Positions 9,667 through 20,831 are shown, counted from the first letter of the stretch. The stretch: 64,000 bases of DNA from an uncultured Acidobacteriota bacterium (GCA_963804995.1 CAWDSK010000003.1:1280001-1344000), one strand, 5' to 3'. The notes: generated by a model not told the origin, from the sequence alone. Program-made: numbers and translations.

Positions 9667-10700
9667 AAATGACAGCGCACCAATACATAGTTCGGGACAC
9701 GGGCGCCGTCCGCACCGAACAACTCCAGGGTGACCGCCTGGTAGCCTGGCTTTACTCGCCCACGCTAGAGCGCTCACCCGCACTGTTTCGCCTCCTGACT
9801 GGCCGCGTATCTTCCAAGCTGCAGGCGTTCCTGCATTATGACACGGTGCTGGGATCTCATTGGGGCGGTACGCTGGGCTTTTTGCGGCGGCAGGGCATGG
9901 ATTTTGCGGAGTGCGTTGAGCCTGCAGGTAGCTTGCGAACTGCACGTCAGATCTTCGAACGGCAGATCCGCTACTGGCAGTGCCGCCCCATGTCCGATGA
10001 TCCGAAGGTCGTAGCCTCTCCGGCTGACTCCCGCCTACTCGTGGGCTCGCTGGCTGAAGCCTCCGGACTTTGGGTGAAAGGTAAGTTTTTCGACCTGGCA
10101 GAGTTGCTGGGGCGCGACCATCCTCATCGGCGTGCTTTCGAGGGGGGCGACTTCGCTGTGTTCCGGTTGACCCCCGACAAATACCACTACAACCACGTTC
10201 CCGCCGCTGGCGAAGTCGTCGACTTCTACGAGACCCCGGGCCTGTATCACTCGTGCAATCCGGGCGCTGTAGTCAGAGCCATCACACCGTTCTCCAAGAA
10301 CAAGCGGGTGGTGACGATTCTCGATACTGACGTGACCGGCGGCGCCGGGATTGGCTTGGTTGCCATGATCGAAGTGGCCGCCTTGATGATCGGTGAGGTT
10401 GTGCAATGCTACAGTGCTCATCAGTACTGTTCACCCCGGCCGGTTGAGCGCGGCATGTTTCTTGAGAAAGGCCAGCCCAAGAGCCTCTATCGGCCGGGTG
10501 GCAGCACCGACGTGCTGCTCTTCCAACCGAACCGCATCGACTTTGCTGCTGATCTCGTCGCCAACCTTCATCGAACAGATGTTCAAAGCCGCTTCTCACA
10601 GGGTTTCGGCCGCACTCTGGTGGAAACCGACGTGAAGGTGCGGTCGCCGATCGCCACTCGCCAGGCCACAATAGGGGAATGTGACACACCCCTGCTTTGA
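9663..10700 (+). CDS. psd: Phosphatidylserine decarboxylase family protein
   Basis: SPADSR, VKGKFF, FRLTPDKYHYNH, NKR, and self-cleavage GGST motif. Confidence 0.88.
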   Translation: MKMTAHQYIVRDTGAVRTEQLQGDRLVAWLYSPTLERSPALFRLLTGRVSSKLQAFLHYDTVLGSHWGGTLGFLRRQGMDFAECVEPAGSLRTARQIFERQIRYWQCRPMSDDPKVVASPADSRLLVGSLAEASGLWVKGKFFDLAELLGRDHPHRRAFEGGDFAVFRLTPDKYHYNHVPAAGEVVDFYETPGLYHSCNPGAVVRAITPFSKNKRVVTILDTDVTGGAGIGLVAMIEVAALMIGEVVQCYSAHQYCSPRPVERGMFLEKGQPKSLYRPGGSTDVLLFQPNRIDFAADLVANLHRTDVQSRFSQGFGRTLVETDVKVRSPIATRQATIGECDTPLL

Positions 10701-10711
10701 GGAGGCCTGTC

Positions 10712-11764
10712 ATGGCGAACTTCCTGTTTGAGGCCGCTCTGGGAGGGTTTTTCACTGCTCTGCTGGGTTGGGGCTTCCGCTTTCTGCCGGGAGAGAACTG
10801 GCAGATTTTCGCCGCCGTGCCCCGAGTGAAAGATGCCACCGGCCACTGGACGGGCCTCAACCTCACTTACTACGGCGTCCTGGTCGCCGCCGCTTACGTG
10901 CTGGGTACAGCCGTGATGTTCGTGCTGATGGGCTCTATCGGCATCCCCCCGTGGGGAACCTTCGCCCTCACGGCTTTCATCATCGCTGTCTGCGCGCCGG
11001 CCGCGCGCCTTATCGCCCGCCTGGTGGAGAAGAAGCGCTATACCTTCACGGTGGGGGGCGCGTCGTTTGTGGGCATCCTGATCCTGCCCTGGGTGATTTC
11101 TGCGCTCAACGCCCTCACCGCATGGCGATGGGGTTTCCGCATTCCACTGGTCGGCGCCTTGGCCGCGGTCTCGATCGCTTACGCCTTTGGTGAGGGTGCG
11201 GGCCGGCTCGCCTGCATAAGCTATGGTTGCTGCTATGGCAAGCCTCTTACTCAGATGTCTCCGCTGCTACAAAAGCTTTTCGAACGCGCTCATTTCGTCT
11301 TCGCTGGCAAGACCAAGAAAATCGCTTACGAAGCCGGGCTGGACGGTGAGTGTGTGGTCCCGGTGCAGGCGCTCAGCGCCGTCCTCTCTGTGGCTGCCGG
11401 ACTTGCCGGCACCGCGCTCTTTCTCGCCGGGCATCCCTGGGCAGCTTTGTGTCTCTCGCTGATCTTGACGCAAGCCTGGCGCTCAATTTCCGAGAGCCTG
11501 CGCGCCGACTACCGTGGAAGCGGAAAAACTTCCGCCTATCAGGTTATGGCAATCGCAGGAATTGTCTATCTGCTGCTGGTCGTTGCGCTCCTTCCCACGG
11601 CACCCACTCCTGAGCCGCAAGTTGTGACCGGCCTGCGCACACTTTGGAATCCAATCATGATTCTTTTCCTCGAACTCGCCTGGCTCGGGATGTTCCTCTA
11701 CACGGGGCGCAGCAGCGTGACGGGTTCCTCCCTCGCCTTTTACGTCCACCGAGAGCGTATCTGA
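10712..11764 (+). CDS. Divergent prolipoprotein diacylglyceryl transferase (Lgt)-family membrane protein
   Basis: TYYG, GRLACISYGCCYG, RSISESLRAD motifs; multiple TM segments; SD GGAGG. Confidence 0.75.
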   Translation: MANFLFEAALGGFFTALLGWGFRFLPGENWQIFAAVPRVKDATGHWTGLNLTYYGVLVAAAYVLGTAVMFVLMGSIGIPPWGTFALTAFIIAVCAPAARLIARLVEKKRYTFTVGGASFVGILILPWVISALNALTAWRWGFRIPLVGALAAVSIAYAFGEGAGRLACISYGCCYGKPLTQMSPLLQKLFERAHFVFAGKTKKIAYEAGLDGECVVPVQALSAVLSVAAGLAGTALFLAGHPWAALCLSLILTQAWRSISESLRADYRGSGKTSAYQVMAIAGIVYLLLVVALLPTAPTPEPQVVTGLRTLWNPIMILFLELAWLGMFLYTGRSSVTGSSLAFYVHRERI

Positions 11765-11860
11765 TTCCCTGGCTCGTGTCGCGAACACCCAACACAAGAA
11801 TACTATAATCAAGTTTGCCCATAAGTTCACAGGACAGAGATGCCTCTGTAACGAACCGCT

Positions 11861-12926
11861 GTGATACTCGTCCTGCAGGCACGGATCCGGTTGCCTGCGG
11901 TTTCAGCCGTTTTTGATTGCGGAGACTCAATTAGGAGCCATCCTCAGCCGGCGCGGCGAGTTCTGCCGCGCACCTTTGAGGTCGCTTTCCCAACGATGCA
12001 CAGATTTCCCCCGGCGACGCCCAGCACTAATCCCACCTGGGGCTGCCCGCGAATTGCTCAACAGATTGCCTGGGCGTTCGACATCCCCATCGACAAAGAC
12101 GTGGTTCGAAGGATTCTCGCCCGTCACCACCGACCGGGACAGGGCTCTGGTGGTCCATCCTGGCTGACCTTCATTGGACACCTGAAGGACAGCCTCTGGA
12201 GTCTGGATCTGTTCAGGTGCGAATCGGCCACGTTGCGGACCCACTGGGTCCTGGTCGTCATGGATCAGTACACTCGTCGGATCATTGGGTTCGGCGTCCA
12301 TGCCGGAACCGTCGATGGTGTCGGGTTTTGCCGGATGTTCAACCGCGCGATTCGATGGCAACGCTGGATGCCGAAGTACCTTAGCTGCGACCACGATCCC
12401 CTTTATCGGTTTCATCAATGGCAAGCCAATCTGTGCATCCTGGAGGTGGCCGAAATCAAGACCGTGCCCTACGTCCCCTCGTCCCATCCCTTTGTGGAGC
12501 GGTTGGTCGGCACCCTCCGCCGAGAGTGCTTGGATCATACGCTGTTTTGGACAACTGCCGATCTCGAAAGCAAGCTGCTCGATTTCAAAACCTATTTTAA
12601 CCATCATTGCACCCATAACGCACGGGCGGGGAGACCACCAGACAACGTGCCGACTCGGCCGGCCGCGAACCTTCAATCTTCTCGATGGGAATCTCACTGC
12701 CGAGGACTGTATCAAACACCGATGGCGGCTTAATCCCCCACAGACTCTGGTCGCTGTCGTAGGCCCGAGAACTTGGCACTGCCAGACTTCCTGATTCCGT
12801 CTCTGGATCAGAGAAGCCCGTTCGCCGATTGGACCGTGTCGCCGCGAGGCATTCCCGTCATTCGAGGTTTCTCAGCTTCCGCCATCGCCTAAGAAACAGG
12901 CTTCAATATCAATTCGCCAGCCCACA
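11861..12926 (+). mobile_element. Degenerate IS with rve/integrase-core DDE transposase (N-terminus lost)
   Basis: NPTWGCPRIA HTH, WSLDLF, VVMDQYTRRI, DHD, VERLVGTLRRECLD; putative right end ...ATCAATTCGCCAGCCCACA at 12926. Confidence 0.75.
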
Positions 12927-13177
12927 GTCCTTTCTCATGTGCGATACCCCTGGCGGCAACCGCACTTCTTCAATCTAGCAACTTCCCACTTTGTGCAACT
13001 CGTTCTCCATCCTGCCCCCGGGGGACCAGCCTATGCGTATGAGTCTTGCCGGAATCGGCGAACTTACCGATGACACGTTATTCTTAATTTACCCTGCTGC
13101 GCACCCTGCCAACCCAAACTTCCTCCGATGGGATTCTGGAGATCCACTCCGCTTAATAGCGTAGTTTGCGGACCGAC

Positions 13178-14569
13178 TCACGCCTTGGCAAGGTAAGATT
13201 CGAATTGCTTCTGCCAAGCTTGGGGTGTGGTGTGAATGGCGCGGCCGAGGAAGGAAGACCGAAGGCGGACGAGCTCGGGCAACTTGCGGCAGGCGATAGC
13301 ATAGCGGCGGAAGCGCGGCTGGATTTGGAGGGAATCGTCAGACAGGTAAATGGGCTCACGGCGGAAGTTGAGGAGGACGATCGCCCGATTCAGTTGACGA
13401 ATGGTGGCTTCGATCAGGGTTGGACCTTTCGAAGGGTCCTGCAACTGCGCTGCTTCGGCCAAAGGCACGAGACGAAAGAAATACGTGGCCCGCCCCGAGC
13501 GCGAGGTAGCCTCCCAGGCCACGAGGTTGCCAGGTGACTTCGCGCCGGGTTTTGCGGCCAGCGGCATGAAGAACCAGTGCAGTATGGGGCTTGCTTCCTC
13601 GTTGTGGCTTGGCTCCGGTTCGGGTTCCACACGAGGCGCGGCTTCCTTTTCGGCGCCCGGGGTTGTCTCTTCTGCCGTTGCTTCAGACGCCCCGGTGGTT
13701 TCGGCATCTTCCTCCTGCTCCGCTTGCTCCTCCTCTTTGCGCAGCAGCTTGAAGCCTGCGTAATAGTTCCCGGCCGGTACGTAAGCGAGCAGGGCGTCGA
13801 AATACGGCTTGAGCTTTGCATCCACGGCGTTGGTCCAAAGTGCTTGCTCCGTCTTGGGATGGATGGCGCGAAGCGACGCAAGCGGCGCAGCGCGGCCTTC
13901 TTGCGAAAGCGTTGCGGTCTGCTGGAACTGATCGGGGCTGAGGAAAGGGAACAGGTTGTGAAGGGTCTCGGCGCCTTGCTGGGCAAGTTCCTCCGTGGCG
14001 GTCGCCAGCCGTTGGCGAAATTCCTCTGTGCGCTTGGCGAGCTTGGTGGCCATAAGGCGCTCGCCCGAAGACTCCACCGTCACAGTCCAGGTGGATTCGT
14101 CAAAACGCACCGCATCGATATCGGCCAGGCGCCATTGCAGACCGGCAGACTGAGTGGGCAACACGGCGAGATTACTTCTATACAAGCGGAATTCCGCAGG
14201 ACTCAAAAAAGTCCGCGCCGGCGATTCCAACTGCGCGCAGCCGTCAAAGCGCGCGATTTCCTCCAGATCCTCCAGCAACATGCACTGGAGTAGACGCTGG
14301 CGGTAGGCTTCTAGCAGGTCGTGGCAGAGGTTCTGGAAGGTCTTACCGAACTGATTGAGGACAATTCTCTTGCCCGTGTAGAGGGTCAGGGTCAGTTCGT
14401 AGTCGCCGGGGAGAAAAACATCGATGTCGCCCAGGTCGAGAGCCAGCGGCGTGCCCGAAGCCGGCGTGAGGATGAAGGTCTCGGCTTCAACCGACACCCG
14501 GCATGGTCCTGCCTGCAGGGCGGCGCCATCGGGACCTGCGTACTGAAACTTACCAGAGAAATTGGGCAT
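13178..14569 (-). CDS. Hypothetical cytoplasmic protein, possibly tandem PH-like beta domains
   Basis: Long ORF 5 bp downstream of zinc-ribbon gene; two beta-rich units each followed by a helix; acidic linker; RATYFF and NFRREPIY motifs. Confidence 0.7.
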   Translation of the reverse strand: MPNFSGKFQYAGPDGAALQAGPCRVSVEAETFILTPASGTPLALDLGDIDVFLPGDYELTLTLYTGKRIVLNQFGKTFQNLCHDLLEAYRQRLLQCMLLEDLEEIARFDGCAQLESPARTFLSPAEFRLYRSNLAVLPTQSAGLQWRLADIDAVRFDESTWTVTVESSGERLMATKLAKRTEEFRQRLATATEELAQQGAETLHNLFPFLSPDQFQQTATLSQEGRAAPLASLRAIHPKTEQALWTNAVDAKLKPYFDALLAYVPAGNYYAGFKLLRKEEEQAEQEEDAETTGASEATAEETTPGAEKEAAPRVEPEPEPSHNEEASPILHWFFMPLAAKPGAKSPGNLVAWEATSRSGRATYFFRLVPLAEAAQLQDPSKGPTLIEATIRQLNRAIVLLNFRREPIYLSDDSLQIQPRFRRYAIACRKLPELVRLRSSFLGRAIHTTPQAWQKQFESYLAKA

Positions 14570-14574
14570 GTGCT

Positions 14575-15207
14575 TCAGGCGATCTTCTGGCCGCACTCCG
14601 GGCAGAACTTGGCGCCCGCTTCAACCTTGGTTCCACAGCGCGGACACTCACTCTTGGCGCGCAGCGGCTTGCCGCACTCGGGGCAGAACTTCGCGCCTTG
14701 GGTGCGTGCGCCGCAATTGGGGCAGAGCGCGGCGGCTTCGGAGGTCAGGTCAAGATCTTTGGTCAAATCCTGCTGCCGGAGCTTGTCGTGCATCTGCTCC
14801 ACGGCGATTTGCGACTGTGCCGCAGCAATTTCGGTTTCAATATTGGGGGCGCAGTCGTAGCAAAGGCCGCGCTTCTGGTTCCAGCACATGGTGAGACAGG
14901 CCCACTTGGCGCACTTAGGACACTGACGGAAGTTCGGCTTCGCTTCCTCGACGGCTTCGTGAAAAGCCTTGTCGTGCCCTGGACCCTGGATGGCGCGTTC
15001 AATTTCGTACGCGCCTGAGCTGGCACGGCTGAAGACGCCCCCGAACAGATCGCCGGCAGCACGCAGCGCGCTTTCCGCGTATCCCGTCAAAGCGGGCTTA
15101 AAGGCGCTCATAAATCCGTTCCCGCAGCGGTCGCAGAAAAACTCGAATTGATATCCCTTGTCCGTAGAATGGTCAGAATGGTTCTTTGTGAATTGAATCA
15201 AGGCCAT
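14575..15207 (-). CDS. Multi zinc-ribbon (double zinc ribbon) protein
   Basis: Eight CxxC-type motifs incl. CPNCG..AKFCPECG..CPRCG..AKFCPECG. Confidence 0.9.
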   Translation of the reverse strand: MALIQFTKNHSDHSTDKGYQFEFFCDRCGNGFMSAFKPALTGYAESALRAAGDLFGGVFSRASSGAYEIERAIQGPGHDKAFHEAVEEAKPNFRQCPKCAKWACLTMCWNQKRGLCYDCAPNIETEIAAAQSQIAVEQMHDKLRQQDLTKDLDLTSEAAALCPNCGARTQGAKFCPECGKPLRAKSECPRCGTKVEAGAKFCPECGQKIA

Positions 15208-15386
15208 GGAAAATCTCCGTTGGGTCTCCGAGGTCTCATTGCCACATCACGTGACGGCATTGTAGTTCCATTGACGGTGAGCATTCAACCTCGTTCTGGT
15301 CTTCCAGAGATCAAGCGGCGATCCCGATCAAGAAACTCGGAACAGGTTTTCACATTGCCACCATGACGCTTGCCCGCGCCTTCCCT

Positions 15387-16391
15387 CTATTGCCACCAAT
15401 CGAACTTCCCGCTGCCATCAGCCTCGATTTCTAGTACTAAGACTTTTTCGGGCTTGTCACCACATTTGCAATCAACCTGTCCTGAGTAGACAGGTTGCAA
15501 ATTGCTGCCCGCGGGCGGGTTCGTGACTTTCACCTGCATCACAAACTGTGCCTGGGGATTATCAATGCGCAGAACACCGTCTTTGACTTGCGCAGAAAGA
15601 TCCTGACCACCAATAGCGGGCGCATACTCTTTAAGCGGCGCCATGGTAGCGCTGAGCATGACTCGGAAGATGACGTGGCAGGCGGAGGGCGTGGTCACCC
15701 CTGCACCGCCTGGAGCTGGGGGAGCCGCTCCCGTATCAGGTTTGAAATCCGTCGCTGCGGAGACCAGCTTGGCGACCAAATCATTCAAGGCGTTTTGGGT
15801 TGCCTTACCCAGAGCTGTTTTCTGGAAGTCGCCACCGTCCATGTCCATGGAGCCGTAATTCGTGCTGAGGTTGGGAGAAATCTTTCCTTCGTGGTCTTTT
15901 CCGGTAACACGCAGCGAAGTAAGTTTCACGCCGCGCCCCACATCGACAACGTCCGCCTGCAACCCTACGGTGGCATCCTGGCTTTTGCTTCGGCCGCCCA
16001 GGCTGATGCCGCCAAAGCTCGGGCCGCTCATGCCTCCTTCTTCCTCCTGCACATCCGCCTGCAAGAGTGACCCCATCACTACGAGATCGCTCTTAAAGAA
16101 CTTGCCCAGCTTGACGGCATAAGTAATATCCACATCGGTTTGATCTGGGTTATCACCACCCAACTTCAGCAAGCGGGGCGTAAGATTGGTGCCATTCAGC
16201 AGGGCAGCCTGGAGTTGCTTTGCGAGGACATCTTTCAACTGCCCGCCGTATTCGCTGCCGCTAGTGTCCAGAAAAGGCAGCAGGCCGATCGTGTACCTGG
16301 GCCCAGTGGGCGTCTTATCCTTGGCTGCCAGCGTCACGGCCAGCATCATCACGACAAGCGCCGGACCCACCAAACGAATATTCTTGCTCAT
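15387..16391 (-). CDS. Exported CsgG/TolB-N-like domain protein
   Basis: Signal peptide; TIGLLPF, AVKLGKFFKSDLVVMGS, GGISLGG, VVDVGRG, TALGKA pattern of the CsgG/TolB_N fold. Confidence 0.7.
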   Translation of the reverse strand: MSKNIRLVGPALVVMMLAVTLAAKDKTPTGPRYTIGLLPFLDTSGSEYGGQLKDVLAKQLQAALLNGTNLTPRLLKLGGDNPDQTDVDITYAVKLGKFFKSDLVVMGSLLQADVQEEEGGMSGPSFGGISLGGRSKSQDATVGLQADVVDVGRGVKLTSLRVTGKDHEGKISPNLSTNYGSMDMDGGDFQKTALGKATQNALNDLVAKLVSAATDFKPDTGAAPPAPGGAGVTTPSACHVIFRVMLSATMAPLKEYAPAIGGQDLSAQVKDGVLRIDNPQAQFVMQVKVTNPPAGSNLQPVYSGQVDCKCGDKPEKVLVLEIEADGSGKFDWWQ

Positions 16392-16427
16392 GTTACCCTC
16401 CCCAAAGAAATCATTCCGCAATAACGG

Positions 16428-18872
16428 TCAGTCGTCCGTAATGTTGCTACTTGCCCAGGCAGTGCCTTCCACGGACGATTCCTGCGAGCAACCCACACCT
16501 ATCTCTCCCTGTCCTTCTCCCAACTCTTCCTTAGCTGCGGTTGCGACTTCGGCCTTGACCTCCCATTTCATCCCGAACCCGCAATGGCTGTTGACGACGA
16601 GTTGAAACGAAGCCTTCGGTGTTATCTCTCCTCCCGCCGTTTCAGCCTTCGGCCCATTGGCTTCGATAACACCTAGCCCGAAGGTCTCATCCCCGGCAAT
16701 CGGATTACGTTCCATCGAAAACCCGAAATTGAGGACTTTGGCTTGCGCCTGGATGCTGCCGGGTGTTTCTCCCTCTTCACTTCCTCCTTCCTCTCCGGCC
16801 GCAGCGCATCCTGCCTTGGCCTCTGTTTTCATGGCCTCTTCGAGTTCGCCGGGCTTGCCGTAGTTGGCCTCAATCTTGATCTCGCCAATGTCCAAGCCCC
16901 CGGGCGTTGAGATCTTGGCGTTGGCCTCGATGACGCTTCCGTTACCCTTGATCTCAACGGGTCCTGCCGAAACACCACACTTTAGTTTTTCGAACTTCGG
17001 GTCAATCGTCGCGGATGTCGCCTCGGGCTCCTTGCTGCAGTAGATTTTGCACCCCTTCACCATGTTGAACTTGCGGTCGGTCTTGTAAATCAACGTCTCG
17101 TAATTCATATCGCTGACGTTGTTGTGGCTGGTGGCCTCCATGGTCCACTCGTTTCCCCGCTTGCCAATCTTCAAAATGCCGGGTTGGCCGGGATGGTCGG
17201 GGGGAGGCGGAAAAACGTTCCAACCGTAGAGTTTCTGGAGCATGTAAACGTTTAACAGGTACATGGCTTTCTCTGGCCGTCCGCCGATGTACACCGTTCC
17301 GTCGGGGGTGACGGTTCCCTCAATCTTGAACTTGCGGATACGATAACCGCCCTGGAAGGTCGCGAAGAAACCTCCCGGTGGCAGCGGAATCGGTGACATC
17401 ATCATCACCGGGTTGTCCCCCTTCCCGTAGAACACGTAAACGGCTTCACCCTGGCCCTTGATTTTGCCCTTCTCATTGACATCGAAACTGAGCTTCTGCG
17501 CGTAATGGCAGATGTTCTCCTTCACCATGGTCATGGCCATGCCCGAGCCGAACTTGCGCGTGCGGTGGATACAACCGGTTACTTTCTCCCCTTCCCAGTG
17601 ACCCACCCAATCTCCTGCTGTTTTGCTCAGTTCCACCAGGGGCTTGGAGTTCGAGGTGAAGGTGTATGGTTCCGGCGGTTTTTGATCGTGGGCGCGATCG
17701 CGTTTCCCAATCTGCCCGATGATGGTAGCGTCAGGATCAGCGTCAGCAATGTTGTCCTTGCCCTCGTCCTCATTACCTGCCACAGGCTTAAGATCCTCGC
17801 GTGTCTCCGGTGGAATCACGTCCGGGGGAGGTGGCTGATCTTGCGGTGGCTGTTGGCCGGGCGGTTCCTGCTTGGGTGTCTCGGTCGGCTTTGGGGCTTG
17901 GGGGTTCAGAATGAATGTCATGCCTTTATCCGTGGCCGCGGCGCAATAGTTCTTGCCTTCTGCCTCCTTGTGTTCAGCCCACAGGATTTTGCAGAGGCTC
18001 CACAGGTACTCCGGCTCAGGGTTCAGCGCCACCGCTCTCCTTTCCGCCATTTCAGCTTCCTCCAGGTGGCTTGCCTGATAATTGGCGTAGGCGAGATTGT
18101 TCAGAATGAAGTGGTTCTGCGGTGAGAGGAGGCGCGCGGCCAACAGGATGATGCGGGCGTCATCGTAGTCCGCATCGAGGTTCAGCACGTGTCCGAAATT
18201 GTTCAGGATGTGCGGGTCCGGCAACAACTTCGCGGCATGTGCCATCGCCCAAACCGCCTCAGGAACCTGGCCCGCAAAATCCAGGGCGGTGCCCAGCCGC
18301 ATGTATTGGGCGGCTTCGTTTGGTCCCGGAGTAATAGATGTGACCAGGTAGGTCCGAACGGCAGATGGAACGCGCAGATCCATTTGCAGGATAATTCTGT
18401 CGATCAACTGAGTGACTTCCGGCGAGACCTGGGGTGGCGGGGGATGCCAAACCTGCCAGGCCGAAGTTCCCACGCCTCCACTCATCAACTTAAATGGCAG
18501 CGTCAATTGGCTGGAGGTGAGCATTACGGGCTTCGCAGCCACGAACTTCGCCATCCGGGGGAGAACGAAGCGCTCGAGCGTTCCGGCATGAAACTCATAC
18601 GACCCGCGATCCTCGTAAGCCATCTGAGGAGGATCAGAGACCAGAACGACGCTGCCGTTCGAAAACGTCAGCAATATCTTCAAGCCCGTCGGCGGGCTGG
18701 CGCCGTCTGAATCCTTAAGGAACGTGTAAGTGCCGTCGAGTTGGGTCGCTTGGGGGGAAGGTGCGGAGAGCCCAGGTAGGGGCGCTCCGGCGTGAGTGAA
18801 CTCTGCCACCATCATCAGGCAGACAAGTGCACCCCCGGCCCGAAGCCTTGCAAATGGTGTGTTCTGTGGCAT
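16428..18872 (-). CDS. Large exported TPR-containing protein
   Basis: TPR-like units (ILNNFGHVL, ILNNLAYA, RRAVALNP), Pro-rich linker, Cys-containing C-terminal region; start uncertain (18872-18917). Confidence 0.75.
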   Translation of the reverse strand: MPQNTPFARLRAGGALVCLMMVAEFTHAGAPLPGLSAPSPQATQLDGTYTFLKDSDGASPPTGLKILLTFSNGSVVLVSDPPQMAYEDRGSYEFHAGTLERFVLPRMAKFVAAKPVMLTSSQLTLPFKLMSGGVGTSAWQVWHPPPPQVSPEVTQLIDRIILQMDLRVPSAVRTYLVTSITPGPNEAAQYMRLGTALDFAGQVPEAVWAMAHAAKLLPDPHILNNFGHVLNLDADYDDARIILLAARLLSPQNHFILNNLAYANYQASHLEEAEMAERRAVALNPEPEYLWSLCKILWAEHKEAEGKNYCAAATDKGMTFILNPQAPKPTETPKQEPPGQQPPQDQPPPPDVIPPETREDLKPVAGNEDEGKDNIADADPDATIIGQIGKRDRAHDQKPPEPYTFTSNSKPLVELSKTAGDWVGHWEGEKVTGCIHRTRKFGSGMAMTMVKENICHYAQKLSFDVNEKGKIKGQGEAVYVFYGKGDNPVMMMSPIPLPPGGFFATFQGGYRIRKFKIEGTVTPDGTVYIGGRPEKAMYLLNVYMLQKLYGWNVFPPPPDHPGQPGILKIGKRGNEWTMEATSHNNVSDMNYETLIYKTDRKFNMVKGCKIYCSKEPEATSATIDPKFEKLKCGVSAGPVEIKGNGSVIEANAKISTPGGLDIGEIKIEANYGKPGELEEAMKTEAKAGCAAAGEEGGSEEGETPGSIQAQAKVLNFGFSMERNPIAGDETFGLGVIEANGPKAETAGGEITPKASFQLVVNSHCGFGMKWEVKAEVATAAKEELGEGQGEIGVGCSQESSVEGTAWASSNITDD

Positions 18873-19385
18873 CGTAACCCTGGAAAATACGCCGGCTCGA
18901 TAAAAAACTGCGGACAATTTCCTTGGCCAGCTCTGCCCGCATGCATCATTTCGGCCATCGCATTTCTCCTGATCCCCTTGGGGATGACGCCATCAATGCT
19001 TTACTAGATTTCGCGTGTAGGCATTCTAAATCTCACCACGCGCCGAGTCAAAAGGTAAAAAGCGGTGGGTAGCGTAAACACCTTTGTGCAAACCGGCGCT
19101 TTTGCCGTATCCGCGTCAGCGCAATCGCCAACCGCGCCTAATCCCGTCCCTCCGGCTTGTCCCTCCATGGAAGCAATTCCACGGTCACGAAGATGTGGCT
19201 GCCACAAAAGAAAGGGCGGCGCGAAGCATGGATTCGTGGCCCGTACACTCGGGGTCACTGCGGCTCAGTTGCGTTCACGGGAATGGGGGAGTAGGATGGC
19301 CGGGAATCTGTTTCTTCTTGAATTGATCGTCCGAAAACCACAACTGCAAGAACGCGCACCTGGCGAGTCTTGCGGAGGAGGACAC

Positions 19386-20129
19386 ATGTTGAAAACGAAA
19401 AAGTGGCCGACTCTTTTAGAGCGCCGCTGGATTATCGGGATGGCCTGCCTCGCGGTGGCGGGATTGCTAGCGGGCTGCCAGAAAAGTGCCCCGCGCACCG
19501 CCACGACGCAAGCGACCGCGACGCAAGAGGCTTCCCGCCCGACGGTCAACACGGTACCAGAAAGACTGCGCAAGAGCATCAAAATCCTGACGGCTGCGAT
19601 GGAGCACCCCAAAACGCCGTTCCACTATTCCTACAAGGGCCAGCAGAACGTGACCGAGCACTATGCCTTCAACAAGACCCTCAAGCCACAAGTGGGCGCC
19701 GTGACTCTGGAGGCGGACGTCTCTCCCGACGAGATGATCATCACCTCCATGTGGGGAGGAAAGAAGGAAGATCATAACGCCAAGAAGAGCGACGAATTTG
19801 GTTGGGGGGGAGCGCAGTTAAGCCTGATGGCGAACGTGACCGAACCTGCGCAGTGGATCGACGTGCTAGCTGGCTTTGCTACAGAGGCTGGCTCCGACAC
19901 GGTGGGCGGAGTTGCCGCAGACAAGTTCACCTTTGACTCGTCCACCGTCACCGCCGCACAGAAGTTTGAATATGACGCCGTAATGCCCTCACTATGTAAG
20001 GCAATCAAGGTCGCGGCGTGGGTCGCCAAGGACTCCGGCGAGCTCGTGAAATTCAATATCGACGAGTCGATAGCCGATGAGAGAGGCGCTTGGGATGAGC
20101 ACCGCGAAGGAGAAATAACGCCCAAATGA
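19386..20129 (+). CDS. Putative lipoprotein
   Basis: SD GGAGGAGG; lipobox LLAGC. Confidence 0.8.
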   Translation: MLKTKKWPTLLERRWIIGMACLAVAGLLAGCQKSAPRTATTQATATQEASRPTVNTVPERLRKSIKILTAAMEHPKTPFHYSYKGQQNVTEHYAFNKTLKPQVGAVTLEADVSPDEMIITSMWGGKKEDHNAKKSDEFGWGGAQLSLMANVTEPAQWIDVLAGFATEAGSDTVGGVAADKFTFDSSTVTAAQKFEYDAVMPSLCKAIKVAAWVAKDSGELVKFNIDESIADERGAWDEHREGEITPK

Positions 20130-20234
20130 TTCCTCGCCAACTCTTCGCAGCCGGGGGCGAGAGCCGGATGCGGGAAATCCGCATTTACATGCGCACGGTT
20201 TCTTTCCAGAAGGACGCTAAGAGGAGGAGATAAC

Positions 20235-20831
20235 ATGAAAAGAATAGCCGTATTTCTTGGATTGTGGATGGTCATTAGCGGGTTTTGCACCTTGGCGGCG
20301 CAAAACAAAAAATATGCCATCAAGTCGGGCATCGTCACCTTCAATTCGGCCCAGAAGGTGGGAGATATTGAAAATAAAGAAAAGTACATAGTCTATTTCG
20401 ATGATTTTGGTAAAAAGGAATGCCGGGACACTTACCATGGCGAGACCCTAATAAGCTCGTATTTCAGCGATGGAAAGGAATGGTACATCGTAGATTACGG
20501 GAAAAAAACTGGCACCAAAACCTTTAACAAAGGGCCGTACTCCCCGGGGACAGAGATAAGGTATGATTGGAACAGCGTAGCCGACCGTGATAAACAATCG
20601 GGGAAGGCAAAAAAAATCGCCAACATGACTATTGCCGGTAAGAGCTGTGAAGCTTATGAATTGATCGCCGGCGATACAACCACCCAATATGCCGGATGGA
20701 ATAGTATTCTCCTGTATCTGAATGTGATTTCAAAAAGCGTCACATCCACGACAAAAGCAATCAAGATTGAAGAAAACGCAGCGGTTTCAGCGGATAAATT
20801 TAAGATCCCGGCCGGGTTTACGGTGAAATAG
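20235..20831 (+). CDS. Exported hypothetical protein (DUF4412-like pattern)
   Basis: SD GAGGAGG; signal peptide; TIAGKSCEAY and KFKIPAGF motifs; AT-rich coding. Confidence 0.75.
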   Translation: MKRIAVFLGLWMVISGFCTLAAQNKKYAIKSGIVTFNSAQKVGDIENKEKYIVYFDDFGKKECRDTYHGETLISSYFSDGKEWYIVDYGKKTGTKTFNKGPYSPGTEIRYDWNSVADRDKQSGKAKKIANMTIAGKSCEAYELIAGDTTTQYAGWNSILLYLNVISKSVTSTTKAIKIEENAAVSADKFKIPAGFTVK

